Numbered from the stretch's first letter, positions 44,867-54,732 are shown. The stretch is DNA of 55,662 nt from Limisphaerales bacterium (GCA_047618185.1 JBLHKZ010000002.1:1-55662); one strand, 5' to 3'. The notes: generated from the sequence alone by a model not told the origin. Program-made: numbers and translations.

Positions 44867-45086
44867 AGGAATCCCGTGTGCCAGCGAGCGCCTGGAGCAG
44901 CTGGGCTGCTTCCCCCGTTACGGCTGGAAGGGCCCTCGGAAGAACTGGCAAAGAAATGGAATCGCGGCAAATGATCCGCCTCCGTGTCGGTCTCGATCAC
45001 TTCTATTTCGCCGGTCATTGATCGTTCGTTCCGTTAACCCTCCGGGACACAATACAAAATCACCGACGAAGTCCGCGATCTGCCAA

Positions 45087-46436
45087 CTACTTCGACTTTA
45101 GGCCGGCGGTGTTCACCGCGATCACTCGGTACTTGTGCGCTTTTCCAGCTTTCGCTTTGGCGTCGACAAAACGCATTTGCACCAGCGGCTGGGTGGGCGT
45201 GTCACTGTATTGGAGGCCCTGAAAAATATCCCGGCCGTAGCGGTTCTTGCCCTGATCTGGCGTCTTGGCGAGGAGCTGGCCGTCTCGCTCGATGATGAAG
45301 TGCGCCAGACCGCTTTCAAGATCGGCTTCAGCGTTCCATGTGAGCGTGGAGCCATTCACCTGAACGTTCGTCGGCGCGGGAGGGGCCGTCGTGTCGGGAA
45401 CTGCTGTGTCCTTCACATAACTCATCCACGCCTTGGCGATGGCCTTGTTCGGCAGCCAAATGGACGTGGCTTTGTCGCCGGAAAACTTCCCCGCCGGAAC
45501 GGCCTTCTTTCCCAGAAATGTCGCCGCGAGCCAGGCGCCTTTGGTCGGCATCGGCTTTAGCGTGCCACCGGCCTTTCTCGGCAATCGCGCTGAGAGACAG
45601 GCATCGAGCCAGGGTATTGCCATGTAGCGTTGGTTACCGCATTCATGCGCGGTCAATGGATCGATCGACACCCCGATGAGTCCGCCTTGGGAACGGACGC
45701 CGGTCAGGAAAGTCTCATTGGCGGGCCAGACACTGGAAAAGCGTCCGTCCTTCACGGTGACTCCCTCTTTCGTGCCCGGATTGCACATGATGGGAACCTT
45801 CAGCGCGGCGGCAGTCAACGTGTGCGGTTTGATCGTGGCGCGCTTCGGATTCGGCTCCAACAACGGCACGCCCGAACGCAGCCAGGCTGCCGCGACGCGA
45901 TCAGGGTGCAGCAGCGTCATGCCACCTGCCCAATGCCCTCCGCCACTGTGGCCCCACAAAGCCCACGGCGCTGTGGCCAACTCCGGATGGCCGGCCTTCG
46001 CGCCCAGATCGATGAGCGCCTTCTGAAAGGCCGCGTCCGAACCATTGCGCGGGTCGCACCACATTTGGCAATCGGCCTTCTGCGGTTGCTCGTACGACGG
46101 TCCCAGGAGTGCGCAGTCGTGCTTCTTTGCCAACGCCTGCCAGTGCAGATCAAAGGCGCCGGTGAGGCCGGATTTGCACGAGCCTTCGCCGCAGCCGTGC
46201 TGATGCACAATGACACCGCGCAGCGTCTTCACACCCGCTGGAATCCACACGGTGAAGTTCGCAGGGAAAATCAAGTCGCCCGGCTTCGTTGAGGCCTCGT
46301 AGCGCACCCGGTAGTAAGGCGGATCAGCATCCGGAAAGACGTCATAAGGCGCGTTCTGTGCGGACAGAGATCCGACGGAAACGACGGTGAAGGCGAGGAA
46401 GCTGAAAAGGAATTTTCGCATGGCGGATGAGTTCAT
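45087..46436 (-). CDS. secreted alpha/beta-hydrolase esterase with C-terminal Fn3-like domain
   Basis: ATG at 46436 ([26 protein letters not shown]). Nucleophile elbow [10 protein letters not shown]-terminal [36 protein letters not shown]. Confidence 0.8.
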   Translation of the reverse strand: MNSSAMRKFLFSFLAFTVVSVGSLSAQNAPYDVFPDADPPYYRVRYEASTKPGDLIFPANFTVWIPAGVKTLRGVIVHQHGCGEGSCKSGLTGAFDLHWQALAKKHDCALLGPSYEQPQKADCQMWCDPRNGSDAAFQKALIDLGAKAGHPELATAPWALWGHSGGGHWAGGMTLLHPDRVAAAWLRSGVPLLEPNPKRATIKPHTLTAAALKVPIMCNPGTKEGVTVKDGRFSSVWPANETFLTGVRSQGGLIGVSIDPLTAHECGNQRYMAIPWLDACLSARLPRKAGGTLKPMPTKGAWLAATFLGKKAVPAGKFSGDKATSIWLPNKAIAKAWMSYVKDTAVPDTTAPPAPTNVQVNGSTLTWNAEADLESGLAHFIIERDGQLLAKTPDQGKNRYGRDIFQGLQYSDTPTQPLVQMRFVDAKAKAGKAHKYRVIAVNTAGLKSK

Positions 46437-46557
46437 AGTCTTTCTGGTAACTTTTTTCACGGACGAAACGCGGCAAAAGTCGACTTGATCGACAACTTCC
46501 GCCAATCTCCATCGACAGTTGTTTCAGAGGAAATCCACTAGCTGAGAATATTAGACA

Positions 46558-48051
46558 ATGACCATGAGCGCGCGAATCCACCTGTTTTGCGTCGGCCTGG
46601 AAAACCACCAGATGCCGACTCTCGCGTCGGCTCCCTACGCCGAGAACAACGCTCGCCAATTCACGGCAGCGTGGCAGGCCCTGGGCGTCGCCGCGACGGA
46701 TTGCATGACACTCGTTAACGCACAGGCAACACGGACCGCGATCGAGTCCTCGTTCCGAAGGTTTCTCAAGGGCGTGATGCCAAATGACACCGTGGTGTTC
46801 TTCTTTTCCGGGCACGGGATCGACTTCGACGACCGGAGCTTCCTGACCGCTCATGACACCCAGCCCGATGACATTCAACTGACCAGCATTCCGCTCGCGT
46901 CGATTCTTAGCCAGCTTGGCGCAAGCGACTGCGACCGCGCGCTTCTCTTCATTGACGCGAACGACAAGGGGCTTCCGATCTCGGATGACACGCAACCGCC
47001 CATGTCCGAATTTTCGGGCGCGGAGCTGAAATCGTTCTGTGAGGAAGGGCCCCATCGTGTCGCATTCACTGCCTGTCAACCGGGTGAGTCGTCCTGGTCA
47101 AGTCCCGCCCTGAAGCTGGGCATCTGGTCGCACGCCCTTATCCAGGCGTTAACGGGAAACGCCAGGGAGGCGTTGGACAAGAACCATCGGTTGACCGGCG
47201 CTTCGCTTGACGAATACCTGAACGACGAAGTTCCGCGCCTGCTGCGAATCACCCGCACGGGCGTCGAGACACAGACCCCCTGCTCTTTTGGCTCCGCAAC
47301 CAAGTCGTTCGTCGTCGCGAATCTCGCGCAGATCCTCGCTGAACGATCAACGATAACGAACGTCCTGGGAGGCGCCTTGAAAGACGTCAGCCTCCTCGGC
47401 GAGACATTGGGCGCGGTCCGCCGCCTCAGCGGATTCAAGAAAGGACATCACGTTCCTGACCGCCACGCCAGCGCGGCCGAGGCCTTTGTGCGACGCGCCG
47501 GACACGACGAAGTAAGAACTCAGATGGACGCGATTCATGACCGCATTCGCAAGACCTTTGGCTATCGACGAAAGGACGTCAGCTACGTCTGCGAGGACGG
47601 AGCCGCAACCCTCAAATCGCCCGATTTCGACGTAAACCTTTCGATCGCGCAGGATCTGGACGACGCGACCGGATATGTACTCCGCACTGAAGTCGGAGCC
47701 ATTCGACGACCGGCCGTCGTGACGGAGGACGGATTTAGCGAGGTTTTCTCGGACTACTGCAACACCCTGGTGATCGAGTTTTCCCGAAGCCTCAACGTCG
47801 AGAACAGGATCGATCAAATCGAGGCCATCCCCGTCCTGAATGAAGTCCTGGAATACGAAGCCGACTGTTCTTCGTTCACCCTGACATTCCGGACGCCAGG
47901 AATTCGGATTCATACCGGCGCGGATCGCATGACTTTGTCGTTGAACGAATCGAGCACCATCAAGACGCTATTGAGCGTCGCTGAATCCGCATTGGCCGGA
48001 CTCAACAGTTCTGGAGTGAGTCTCCTGGCTGACGGAACGGCAGAGGCATAA
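46558..48051 (+). CDS. caspase-fold (peptidase C14-like) protein lacking the catalytic Cys, plus unassigned ~250-aa C-terminal domain
   Basis: VVFFFSGHG (catalytic His position), then LLFIDANDKG where the family has D-x-C-x-x-G (Asn codon AAC at 46960-46962), then VAFTACQPGESSWS. No signal peptide. Confidence 0.75.
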   Translation: MTMSARIHLFCVGLENHQMPTLASAPYAENNARQFTAAWQALGVAATDCMTLVNAQATRTAIESSFRRFLKGVMPNDTVVFFFSGHGIDFDDRSFLTAHDTQPDDIQLTSIPLASILSQLGASDCDRALLFIDANDKGLPISDDTQPPMSEFSGAELKSFCEEGPHRVAFTACQPGESSWSSPALKLGIWSHALIQALTGNAREALDKNHRLTGASLDEYLNDEVPRLLRITRTGVETQTPCSFGSATKSFVVANLAQILAERSTITNVLGGALKDVSLLGETLGAVRRLSGFKKGHHVPDRHASAAEAFVRRAGHDEVRTQMDAIHDRIRKTFGYRRKDVSYVCEDGAATLKSPDFDVNLSIAQDLDDATGYVLRTEVGAIRRPAVVTEDGFSEVFSDYCNTLVIEFSRSLNVENRIDQIEAIPVLNEVLEYEADCSSFTLTFRTPGIRIHTGADRMTLSLNESSTIKTLLSVAESALAGLNSSGVSLLADGTAEA

Positions 48052-48090
48052 CAGCGCTCCCCCAACCAGCCCGCGGAAAGCGCCGCCAGC

Positions 48091-48789
48091 TCACTTGTAT
48101 TCCCGAATGCGGATGTTCTTGAATTCGCAGTGGTCCTTGTGATCGGTGAGAAGAATGTGGCCGCGAACCTTCGTCCCAAAGCCTTTCACATCCTTGAACT
48201 TGCTGTCCTGAACGGCCTTCAACACTTCCTCACTGCCGAGCGTGTACGCGAGGACCTTCTTCCCATTGAGCCAGTGCTCGACCTTGGCGCCGCGGACATA
48301 GATCCGGGAGTGGTTCCATTCGCCCGGCTTCTTCACCTTCGCCCTGGCGGAGGGCGGAAGAACGTCGTAGAAACTCGCGGTCAGGCCCTTGCGTTTACTG
48401 TCGCCGTGCGCCGCGTCATCGAACATCTGATATTCGTGGCCGATGCTTTTCTCACTGCCTTCCTTGATGAAATACTTAATGCCGTTGTTGCCGCCTTCGC
48501 GAATTCTCCACCCCCAGTTCAGATCGAAATCTCCGAAGGTGTCCACGGTCATCAGACCTCCACTGCGAGCCGTCTCAACCTTGGTCAGCAGCCCGCCCTT
48601 AACCTCCCAAGCCGGACCGATCTTCCCGCCCTTATTGAACGTCCGCCAACCGTCAAAATCCTTGCCGTTAAACAACAGACGCCAGCCATTTAGCTTTTGA
48701 ACCTTGGTCAACGTGTTGGTCTCGGCTGACGCGGAAAGCGAAACGAAGAGAAATGCGAGCAGGAGGGGGATGAACTTAAATCTGATCAT
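48091..48789 (-). CDS. DUF1080 (3-keto-disaccharide hydrolase-like) domain protein, secreted
   Basis: ATG at 48789 (MIRFKFIPLLLAFLFVSLSASA). GWRLLFNGKDFDGW, NNGIKYF, HEYQMFDD, HWLNGKKV, GHILLTDHKDHCEFKNIRI. Confidence 0.85.
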   Translation of the reverse strand: MIRFKFIPLLLAFLFVSLSASAETNTLTKVQKLNGWRLLFNGKDFDGWRTFNKGGKIGPAWEVKGGLLTKVETARSGGLMTVDTFGDFDLNWGWRIREGGNNGIKYFIKEGSEKSIGHEYQMFDDAAHGDSKRKGLTASFYDVLPPSARAKVKKPGEWNHSRIYVRGAKVEHWLNGKKVLAYTLGSEEVLKAVQDSKFKDVKGFGTKVRGHILLTDHKDHCEFKNIRIREYK

Positions 48790-49378
48790 GATATACAAAG
48801 TTGTTTGTGCGAATTCGCGAGGAAAGTAACAGAAGCGGTCGGAGAACTTCGAGCGATTTTCACAGTTTCATTCAACAACGTCGTAATCGGAAGCAGGGCC
48901 TCAACGAAATACTGTCTTAAGCCGACGCTGTAATTCTCGCTTCGTGGCAGCGACCTTCCCGTCCTTCGTTCTGCGCCACTCGGTGCAGCGATGAGTCGCT
49001 GTGCGAATGCTGCAACCGACCTGGCCGGAGCGGGGATATTGGCTGAATGCCGCAGCCTCACCCGGAGCCGGCGGATCGCGGATACATTGTTCTTGAAATG
49101 CCGCGGCCGGGTGACGACATCGGGAACGACCCGACGAAATCCAGCCGCCTGCCCCTTGAAACTATCCGGCCGCAAATCAGCAATGCTGATGAAGAGGCTA
49201 TTTGGCTTCAGCGAAGGCAACAGTTTATTGTGTTTGTCAGGGGTTGCGCGAGGAACGAGCGATACCCCTGGATGCGCCTCCGAAAACCCACATTGCATCC
49301 CGAAGGGATGCCAGCGGCGCGATCCCTTCCGGATCGACGCCTGACCTTCACCGGATATTGACGCGTCTGGGAACGCCG

Positions 49379-49485
49379 GGCTGGCATCCCTTCGGGATGC
49401 GATCGTTTTGATTTGCAACCGGGGGTGTCTCCCGCTGTCACGGGATCAACCCCCGGCTAATAGCTGAAAAGCCTTCGGCTTGCCG
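49379..49485 (+). repeat. ~105-bp repeat (family R2), partner of 40857-40954
   Basis: GGCTGGCATCCCTTCGGGATGCGATCGTTTTGATTTGCAACCGGGGGTGTCTCCCGCTGTCACGGGATCAACCCCCGGCTAATAGCTGAAAAGCCTTCGGCTTGCCG. A partial head-to-head copy lies at ~49286-49310. Confidence 0.7.
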
Positions 49486-49626
49486 ATTCCGTTCGATATT
49501 GAATCTTGCGCGTTCTGATTCAATCGAATGATCGATTCTCAAAATCTGTACTGCGCTCCAGGACGCGAGCACCGGTCGTTTGTCGGCAGATGCATTGAAG
49601 TCGGACGCCTCGGCGCGTAGCCTTGG

Positions 49627-50595
49627 GTGAACGTGCGAACACTTCTGACTTTCCTTGCGGCGCTGGCCGTCTTTGCGCCGGGCGCCAGAGCCGCCTCGAC
49701 CGCGTCTCCCTATCTCGTCGTGCTGGGAATCGCGCAGGACGCCGGCTACCCCCAGGCGGGCTGCGCGAAAGCGTGCTGCAAACTCGCGTGGAAGGACGCT
49801 TCGTCCCGGCGATTCCCCACGTCCATTGGCCTGGTTGATCCGGTCAGCGGGGGACGCTGGATCTTTGATTGCACGCCCTCATTTCCAGCTCAGCTACGGC
49901 TGCTTGATGATTTCTCCAAAAGCGAAGAGACACCGGGTCTCGCGGGCATTTTCCTGACGCACGCTCACATTGGCCATTACGCCGGGCTGATTCATTTGGG
50001 TCGCGAGGTAATCGGGAGCCGCTCCGTTCCCGTCTACGCCATGCCTCGCATGAAGTCGTTCCTGGAGCAGAACGGGCCGTGGAGTCAGCTCGTCAAATTG
50101 AATAACATTGCGATCCGTCCTTTGGCGGCGGACAAGGCCATCCGGCTCAACGAACGCCTGAGCGTCACGCCGTTTCTTGTGCCCCACCGCGACGAGTTTT
50201 CCGAAACCGTGGGATTCAGGATCGACGGTCCAAAGCAAGCAGTCCTCTTCATTCCGGATATCGACAAGTGGAAGAAATGGCCGCGCCAGATCGAGGATGC
50301 TTTGAAGCAAGTCGATGCGGCCTACCTCGACGGAACCTTCTATGCCGAGGGGGAGTTGCCCAATCGCAGCATGGCCGAAATTCCGCACCCCTTTATCGCG
50401 GAGTCCATGCGACGCTTTGAAAAACTCCCGGCTGGCGAGCGAAACAAAGTGCGATTCATCCACCTGAACCACACGAACCCCGCCCTCCAAACAAACAGCG
50501 CCGCGCGCGCTGAGATCGAACGCTCGGGGATGCATGTCGCCGAACAAGGCGAGCGCCTGGATCTCACGACAGGGAAGTTCCTGAAGCGGCGCTAA
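49627..50595 (+). CDS. MBL-fold metallo-hydrolase (PqqB-like)
   Basis: GTG start. Signal LLTFLAALAVFAPGARA. LGIAQDAGYPQ, FLTHAHIGHYAGL, FLVPHRDEFSETVGF, IHLNHTNP. Confidence 0.8.
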   Translation: MNVRTLLTFLAALAVFAPGARAASTASPYLVVLGIAQDAGYPQAGCAKACCKLAWKDASSRRFPTSIGLVDPVSGGRWIFDCTPSFPAQLRLLDDFSKSEETPGLAGIFLTHAHIGHYAGLIHLGREVIGSRSVPVYAMPRMKSFLEQNGPWSQLVKLNNIAIRPLAADKAIRLNERLSVTPFLVPHRDEFSETVGFRIDGPKQAVLFIPDIDKWKKWPRQIEDALKQVDAAYLDGTFYAEGELPNRSMAEIPHPFIAESMRRFEKLPAGERNKVRFIHLNHTNPALQTNSAARAEIERSGMHVAEQGERLDLTTGKFLKRR

Positions 50596-52205
50596 AGCTG
50601 GATCGGCGCGAGCGCGGGGTCACCCCAAAGAATGTAGAGCAGCCCATTGGCGGAATCCTTGCGCGCCGCCCGTTTCGGCGCCGGTTCCGGGTAGTAGTCC
50701 GGAATGGGCTTGTCGCCGATCAGGGCATTCATCAGCCGTTGATAGGCTTCACCCGTTGAAAGCCCTTCGAGCACGAGTTCGCTCATGGGGTAGACTTTGG
50801 GAAATCCTCCGCACAGGCCCATGTGACCGAGCATCATTACCGCGCCATTGTCCATCGCGTGGTAGGCGAAGCGCTTGCTGTCTTTTTTGGCGCTCAAGTC
50901 GAGGCGATCGGCGAGATAGGGTGAGGCCGACATGCACGATCCGCAGAAAACCAATTCGTCCGTGAAGTCGACGTCGGCGTAAGCCGTGGTCCGTGCGCCG
51001 CAAATTCGATCCGTAGTCCCGTGGCCGAACATGAAGAGGACATTGTTCTCACTCAATGCCTCGACGGCTTTGGACGACAAATTACCGAACGTGTGTCGTT
51101 CAGACTCGGGCAACATCGCGATGTTTCCCTCGGCCGGATCGAGTTTCGGAAAATCGCTTCGCTGCACATGGGATTTCCGAGTGGTTACGATAATCGCCGG
51201 GGATTGGGTTCCTTCGGACGCGAACAGCTTTTGCATCACCTTGGCTTTTTGATAGCTGCGGTAGCGCCGCGCATCGACGTCCTCGATGGCTCCGATCGAA
51301 GCGGGTTGAATCTCCGCCCGTTTCAGCGGCCGAAACTCAATGGTTCGCGCAACCAACTCCGAAAGGCGTTGCGGGTCGCTGGCCATGAGGTAACCCGGAA
51401 AGACATCGATGCTGGGATCCTCGTCCAGACCCGAAAGCAGCCTCAGCATGCACAGATGCATGTTCTCCCGATAACTGGACGCCTGCGGAGCGATGGCCAC
51501 AAATCCCGGCTTCAACTCCTCCAAGATTTTCTGCGCGCGCGCATATTCATCCGGTGACTTGTGCAACGTGCCCAGGGACTTGAGGGTGACGACGGATCCG
51601 TTGCGATGACGCGCCAGTTGATTCAACGACCGGAGAGCGATTGGATCCGTGTGATCCGTGAGAATGACATATTTGTCGCCCAACGGCGGATGCGGCTTTG
51701 TCTTCGTGATTTCCGCGCTGGGTCCAAACGCGCCACGAGAAGGCGGATTTTTCATCTCCTTGATCGTTGGAATAATCAGTGATCGTGAGGCGATTTTCTC
51801 CGCGGCGGTTGGCGGTTTCCCGGCGGCGGCGGATGTCGGCTTGTTCTCCCGGGTCCACAGTTCGCGCTGTTCGTCGGTGAGCAAGGCCAATGCCTTCTCC
51901 TGAGCCTGCTTCCGCAAACCGGCCTGTTTCGCCCGCAAGCCTGGCCGCCCCTGCTCCGCGCGACCGATCCGATTGAATTCCTGCGCCGCGCTGCGAATAA
52001 TCGCCCGGATTTGCGTCTGCTGTGGCTGCGTCAGCTTCAATCGTTCAGCATTTCGCAACAAGGCCTGTGCGCCTTCGCCGGAGGCCGCGCTCCCGCTGAT
52101 GACGCTCAAGCTCAGGACCAAGAGCGCGATCGAAATAGCGACGATTGGAAATAGTCTTACCTGCCGGATAGCTCCATTCATTGGATCGGCAGAATGAGGC
52201 GCCAT
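50592..52205 (-). CDS. putative clan-CD cysteine peptidase (gingipain/C25-like) with N-terminal LTXXQ helical region
   Basis: ATG at 52205 (alternative 52181; the track start is TTG at 52262). TM/signal LFPIVAISIALLVLSLSVISG. LTQPQQTQI and LTDEQRELW. C-terminal LFMFGHGTT...ELVFCGSCMS...YILWGDPALAPI. Confidence 0.7.
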   Translation of the reverse strand: MAPHSADPMNGAIRQVRLFPIVAISIALLVLSLSVISGSAASGEGAQALLRNAERLKLTQPQQTQIRAIIRSAAQEFNRIGRAEQGRPGLRAKQAGLRKQAQEKALALLTDEQRELWTRENKPTSAAAGKPPTAAEKIASRSLIIPTIKEMKNPPSRGAFGPSAEITKTKPHPPLGDKYVILTDHTDPIALRSLNQLARHRNGSVVTLKSLGTLHKSPDEYARAQKILEELKPGFVAIAPQASSYRENMHLCMLRLLSGLDEDPSIDVFPGYLMASDPQRLSELVARTIEFRPLKRAEIQPASIGAIEDVDARRYRSYQKAKVMQKLFASEGTQSPAIIVTTRKSHVQRSDFPKLDPAEGNIAMLPESERHTFGNLSSKAVEALSENNVLFMFGHGTTDRICGARTTAYADVDFTDELVFCGSCMSASPYLADRLDLSAKKDSKRFAYHAMDNGAVMMLGHMGLCGGFPKVYPMSELVLEGLSTGEAYQRLMNALIGDKPIPDYYPEPAPKRAARKDSANGLLYILWGDPALAPIQL

Positions 52206-52472
52206 CAAATCCGAGGCAATCAAAACCAGGAAAGGGACTCGGGAAGAAGGCCGCTGCCGCAAGTCTGGCAGGCGCCGTTGACAGGCCGCCGCAAGCGCGA
52301 TTCCCAGGCTTAGTCATTCTTCCCCGGCTGCTTTGCCCAGACGCGGAAACGCTTAGCAGGCAGCACGCGTGAACCTGCCAACCCATCATGCCGCAAGCTT
52401 CTCCAAGAGTATTCACCAACAGCTTCCCATCACCTGCTCCATATCTGAAATCTGAGCCCACTTACGGCCACG

Positions 52473-54002
52473 TCAGTCCGATTGAGATTTCAATTCGGCC
52501 TCGATACCTTGGAGCGCCAGTTGGCCCTTTCGGTCAAAAAGACTGACCGGGATGCCGACGGCAAAGCCGACCACGAAGGCCGGGAACATCTCCTCAAGGT
52601 TTGCAAAAGCCTCTCCAGCGGCGCCGGGCAGCAAGGGCATCGCAAACTTGAAAATCGGCACGGCGAGAAATCCCGATATCATGGCGGCGAGAGCGCCTCG
52701 CCGGGTGAATCGCGCCCAGAACAGGGACAGAATCATGGTTGGACAAAACGTCGCGGCGATCCCGGACCAGCCAAAGACGATAAACCAGAAGATGGTCCTT
52801 TCGGGAATGAAGATTGCGATCGCCATCGCGAGCGCAAAAGCGCCCATGGCCAGCCCAACGGTCGTCAACCGGCTTAGTCTCACCAGGCTTTCATCGGGCA
52901 GCGATGGATGCAGGATCTTCTGGTAGACGTCACGGACGACGGAACTCGCGGCGACCAACAGCAGGGAATCGACCGTCGACATCGCGGCTGATAGGACCGC
53001 GGCAATGACAAAGCCGATGAAGACCACTGGAATGAGCACCCCAACGATCAGAGGAAGGACGTCTTGTCCGTTGGCTCCAAGGACGGCGACCAGGGATTCT
53101 TGCGGCCCCATGAGAACGTGTCTCCCGATCATTCCAATCAGGACTGCTCCGCAATCGGTCAGGGTGGTGTAGAGAATCGCGACGACGGCGCCCTTCCTAA
53201 CCTCGCCTTCAGATTTGAGAGCGAGGATGCGAACAAAAATCTGTGGCGAACCGAGGAATCCCAGGCCGATCGAAGCAAGCGCGACGATTGCCAGAATGTT
53301 GTTCAGCGTCAATCCGGCCGGTCCCCAGATGGACATCAGACCGGGATCCTGCGCCGCAAGCCCGACGGCAACGTTGTTCCAACCGCCAGCGTAATTGAGA
53401 CCGATAATCGGGATGGCCACGAGACCGACGAACATCAGGCCGCCCTGGAAAACATCCGACCAGACCACGGCGAGGAATCCGCCAGCCACGATGTATATGA
53501 CGACGACACCGAACCCGACCGTAGCGCCGACGAAGTAGTTCCAACCCAGGAAGCTGTGGAATGCGGTCGCCGTCGCGTCGATCTGGGCGCTGACATAAAT
53601 CATGACAAATATGACCAGGGCGCCGGCGGAAACGAGCCTTAGCGCATGAGAGGAGTCTCGGAATCGCGCCTCCAGGTAATCGGGAATTGTAAGCGCGCCG
53701 TATTTCGTGGTGAGCCGATTAAATCGCCGGTTCATCATGAGCCAGGCGATGCCCACGCCCACGATTTCGCCGACCACCACCCAAAAGGCCTGGAGGCCGA
53801 TCGCGGCGCCCATCCCGGTCAGCCCCAGCAGGAGCCAGGCTGATTCACCGGTGGCTCGCGCCGAAAGGGCGGCCGGAAGAAACCCCAGCTTCTTTCCCGC
53901 CGCGATGTAATCGCCGAGAGATTTCACACGCCGGGAGGCGAACCATCCGATGATCAACAGGATCAGTAGGTAAACAAAAATGCCGACGAGTTTTGAGGTC
54001 AT
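52473..54002 (-). CDS. sodium:solute symporter family transporter (PutP/SSS type)
   Basis: About 13 TM segments. GDYIAAGKKLG, SARATGESAWLLLGLTG, WSDVFQGGLM. Length 509 aa. Confidence 0.9.
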   Translation of the reverse strand: MTSKLVGIFVYLLILLIIGWFASRRVKSLGDYIAAGKKLGFLPAALSARATGESAWLLLGLTGMGAAIGLQAFWVVVGEIVGVGIAWLMMNRRFNRLTTKYGALTIPDYLEARFRDSSHALRLVSAGALVIFVMIYVSAQIDATATAFHSFLGWNYFVGATVGFGVVVIYIVAGGFLAVVWSDVFQGGLMFVGLVAIPIIGLNYAGGWNNVAVGLAAQDPGLMSIWGPAGLTLNNILAIVALASIGLGFLGSPQIFVRILALKSEGEVRKGAVVAILYTTLTDCGAVLIGMIGRHVLMGPQESLVAVLGANGQDVLPLIVGVLIPVVFIGFVIAAVLSAAMSTVDSLLLVAASSVVRDVYQKILHPSLPDESLVRLSRLTTVGLAMGAFALAMAIAIFIPERTIFWFIVFGWSGIAATFCPTMILSLFWARFTRRGALAAMISGFLAVPIFKFAMPLLPGAAGEAFANLEEMFPAFVVGFAVGIPVSLFDRKGQLALQGIEAELKSQSD

Positions 54003-54260
54003 GAGTGAGGCTTGCTGATGGAACCGGAGGGTTGGAACAGAGTGTTCGGGGCCTCCTCAGATTTGAATGGCAAACTAGAAGATCGCAAAAATGGTGTCAA
54101 CCGAAGTCGCACAGGAAACGGGTGAAGGCCGTCTGGTTTTCGATCGGCGAAGAGTTCGGCCAGCCCACACCAAATGGTGAGCCGTTTCTTGGTTCGAAAA
54201 TACCTTGCAGACCCGTTGTTCCCAGCTCTGTTCCCTCCTGTTCAACTGCATCGTTACGGT

Positions 54261-54573
54261 TCAGATACTGTTCAGGTCTTCAGCTGCCCGGTGTTTCTCC
54301 GTCATCTCCCGGAATCGCTGCCGCCCGGAAAGGGAATCCTTCGCGATCCCCAATTCTCCCAGCAACCGATCCGCCCGCGACCAGTCAACCGGCTTCTTCG
54401 GCGATTTCAGATAGTCGGGAAAACTGCTCCCAACATAATCCTCCAAGCCGATGTCCGGCTTGATCAATCCAGCCCGGACCGGGTTCAGGTGAACGTAATG
54501 GCATACCGTGTGCAGACAATCTCCTCACGTGATAGCGTGCTCCCGGATACTCAACTCACGGCTGCCTCGCCCT
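54261..54573 (-). pseudogene. relic of an IS200/Y1 (RayT-like) transposase-family gene
   Basis: One frame reads (stop)VEYPGARYHV, the N-terminal motif of the family. One nt out of frame follows CHYVHLNPVRAGLIKPD...DWSRADRLLGELGIAKDSLSGRQRFREMTEKHR, the C-terminal region. The catalytic core between them is missing. Confidence 0.6.
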
Positions 54574-54732
54574 GAGTTCGATCCTCTCTCAGTCGAAGCT
54601 TGTGTCGATAGTTAGGGTCGACCCGAATGCCGCTTAATTAGGGCAGGTGGTCGATGAATTCCATGAGCGCTTGCGGCATCGTTCGAGGTGCCTGTTGGCC
54701 AAAAAAGGAAGGGGGCGCCGCGCTGAGATAGA

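Noticed and set aside
44788-45018. 76-aa ORF overlapping the vapB start region.
   Set aside because: It overlaps the vapB 5' end and the candidate operator, and its composition gives no coding signal. The region is more likely the vapBC promoter.
48900-49260. Minus-strand translation KPNSLFISIADLRPDSF...IPAPARS..., weakly reminiscent of a sulfatase N-terminus with the C-x-P-x-R Cys lost.
   Set aside because: The similarity is weak and patchy, there is no signal peptide or downstream sulfatase blocks, and it overlaps repeat-derived sequence. It would need tblastn support.
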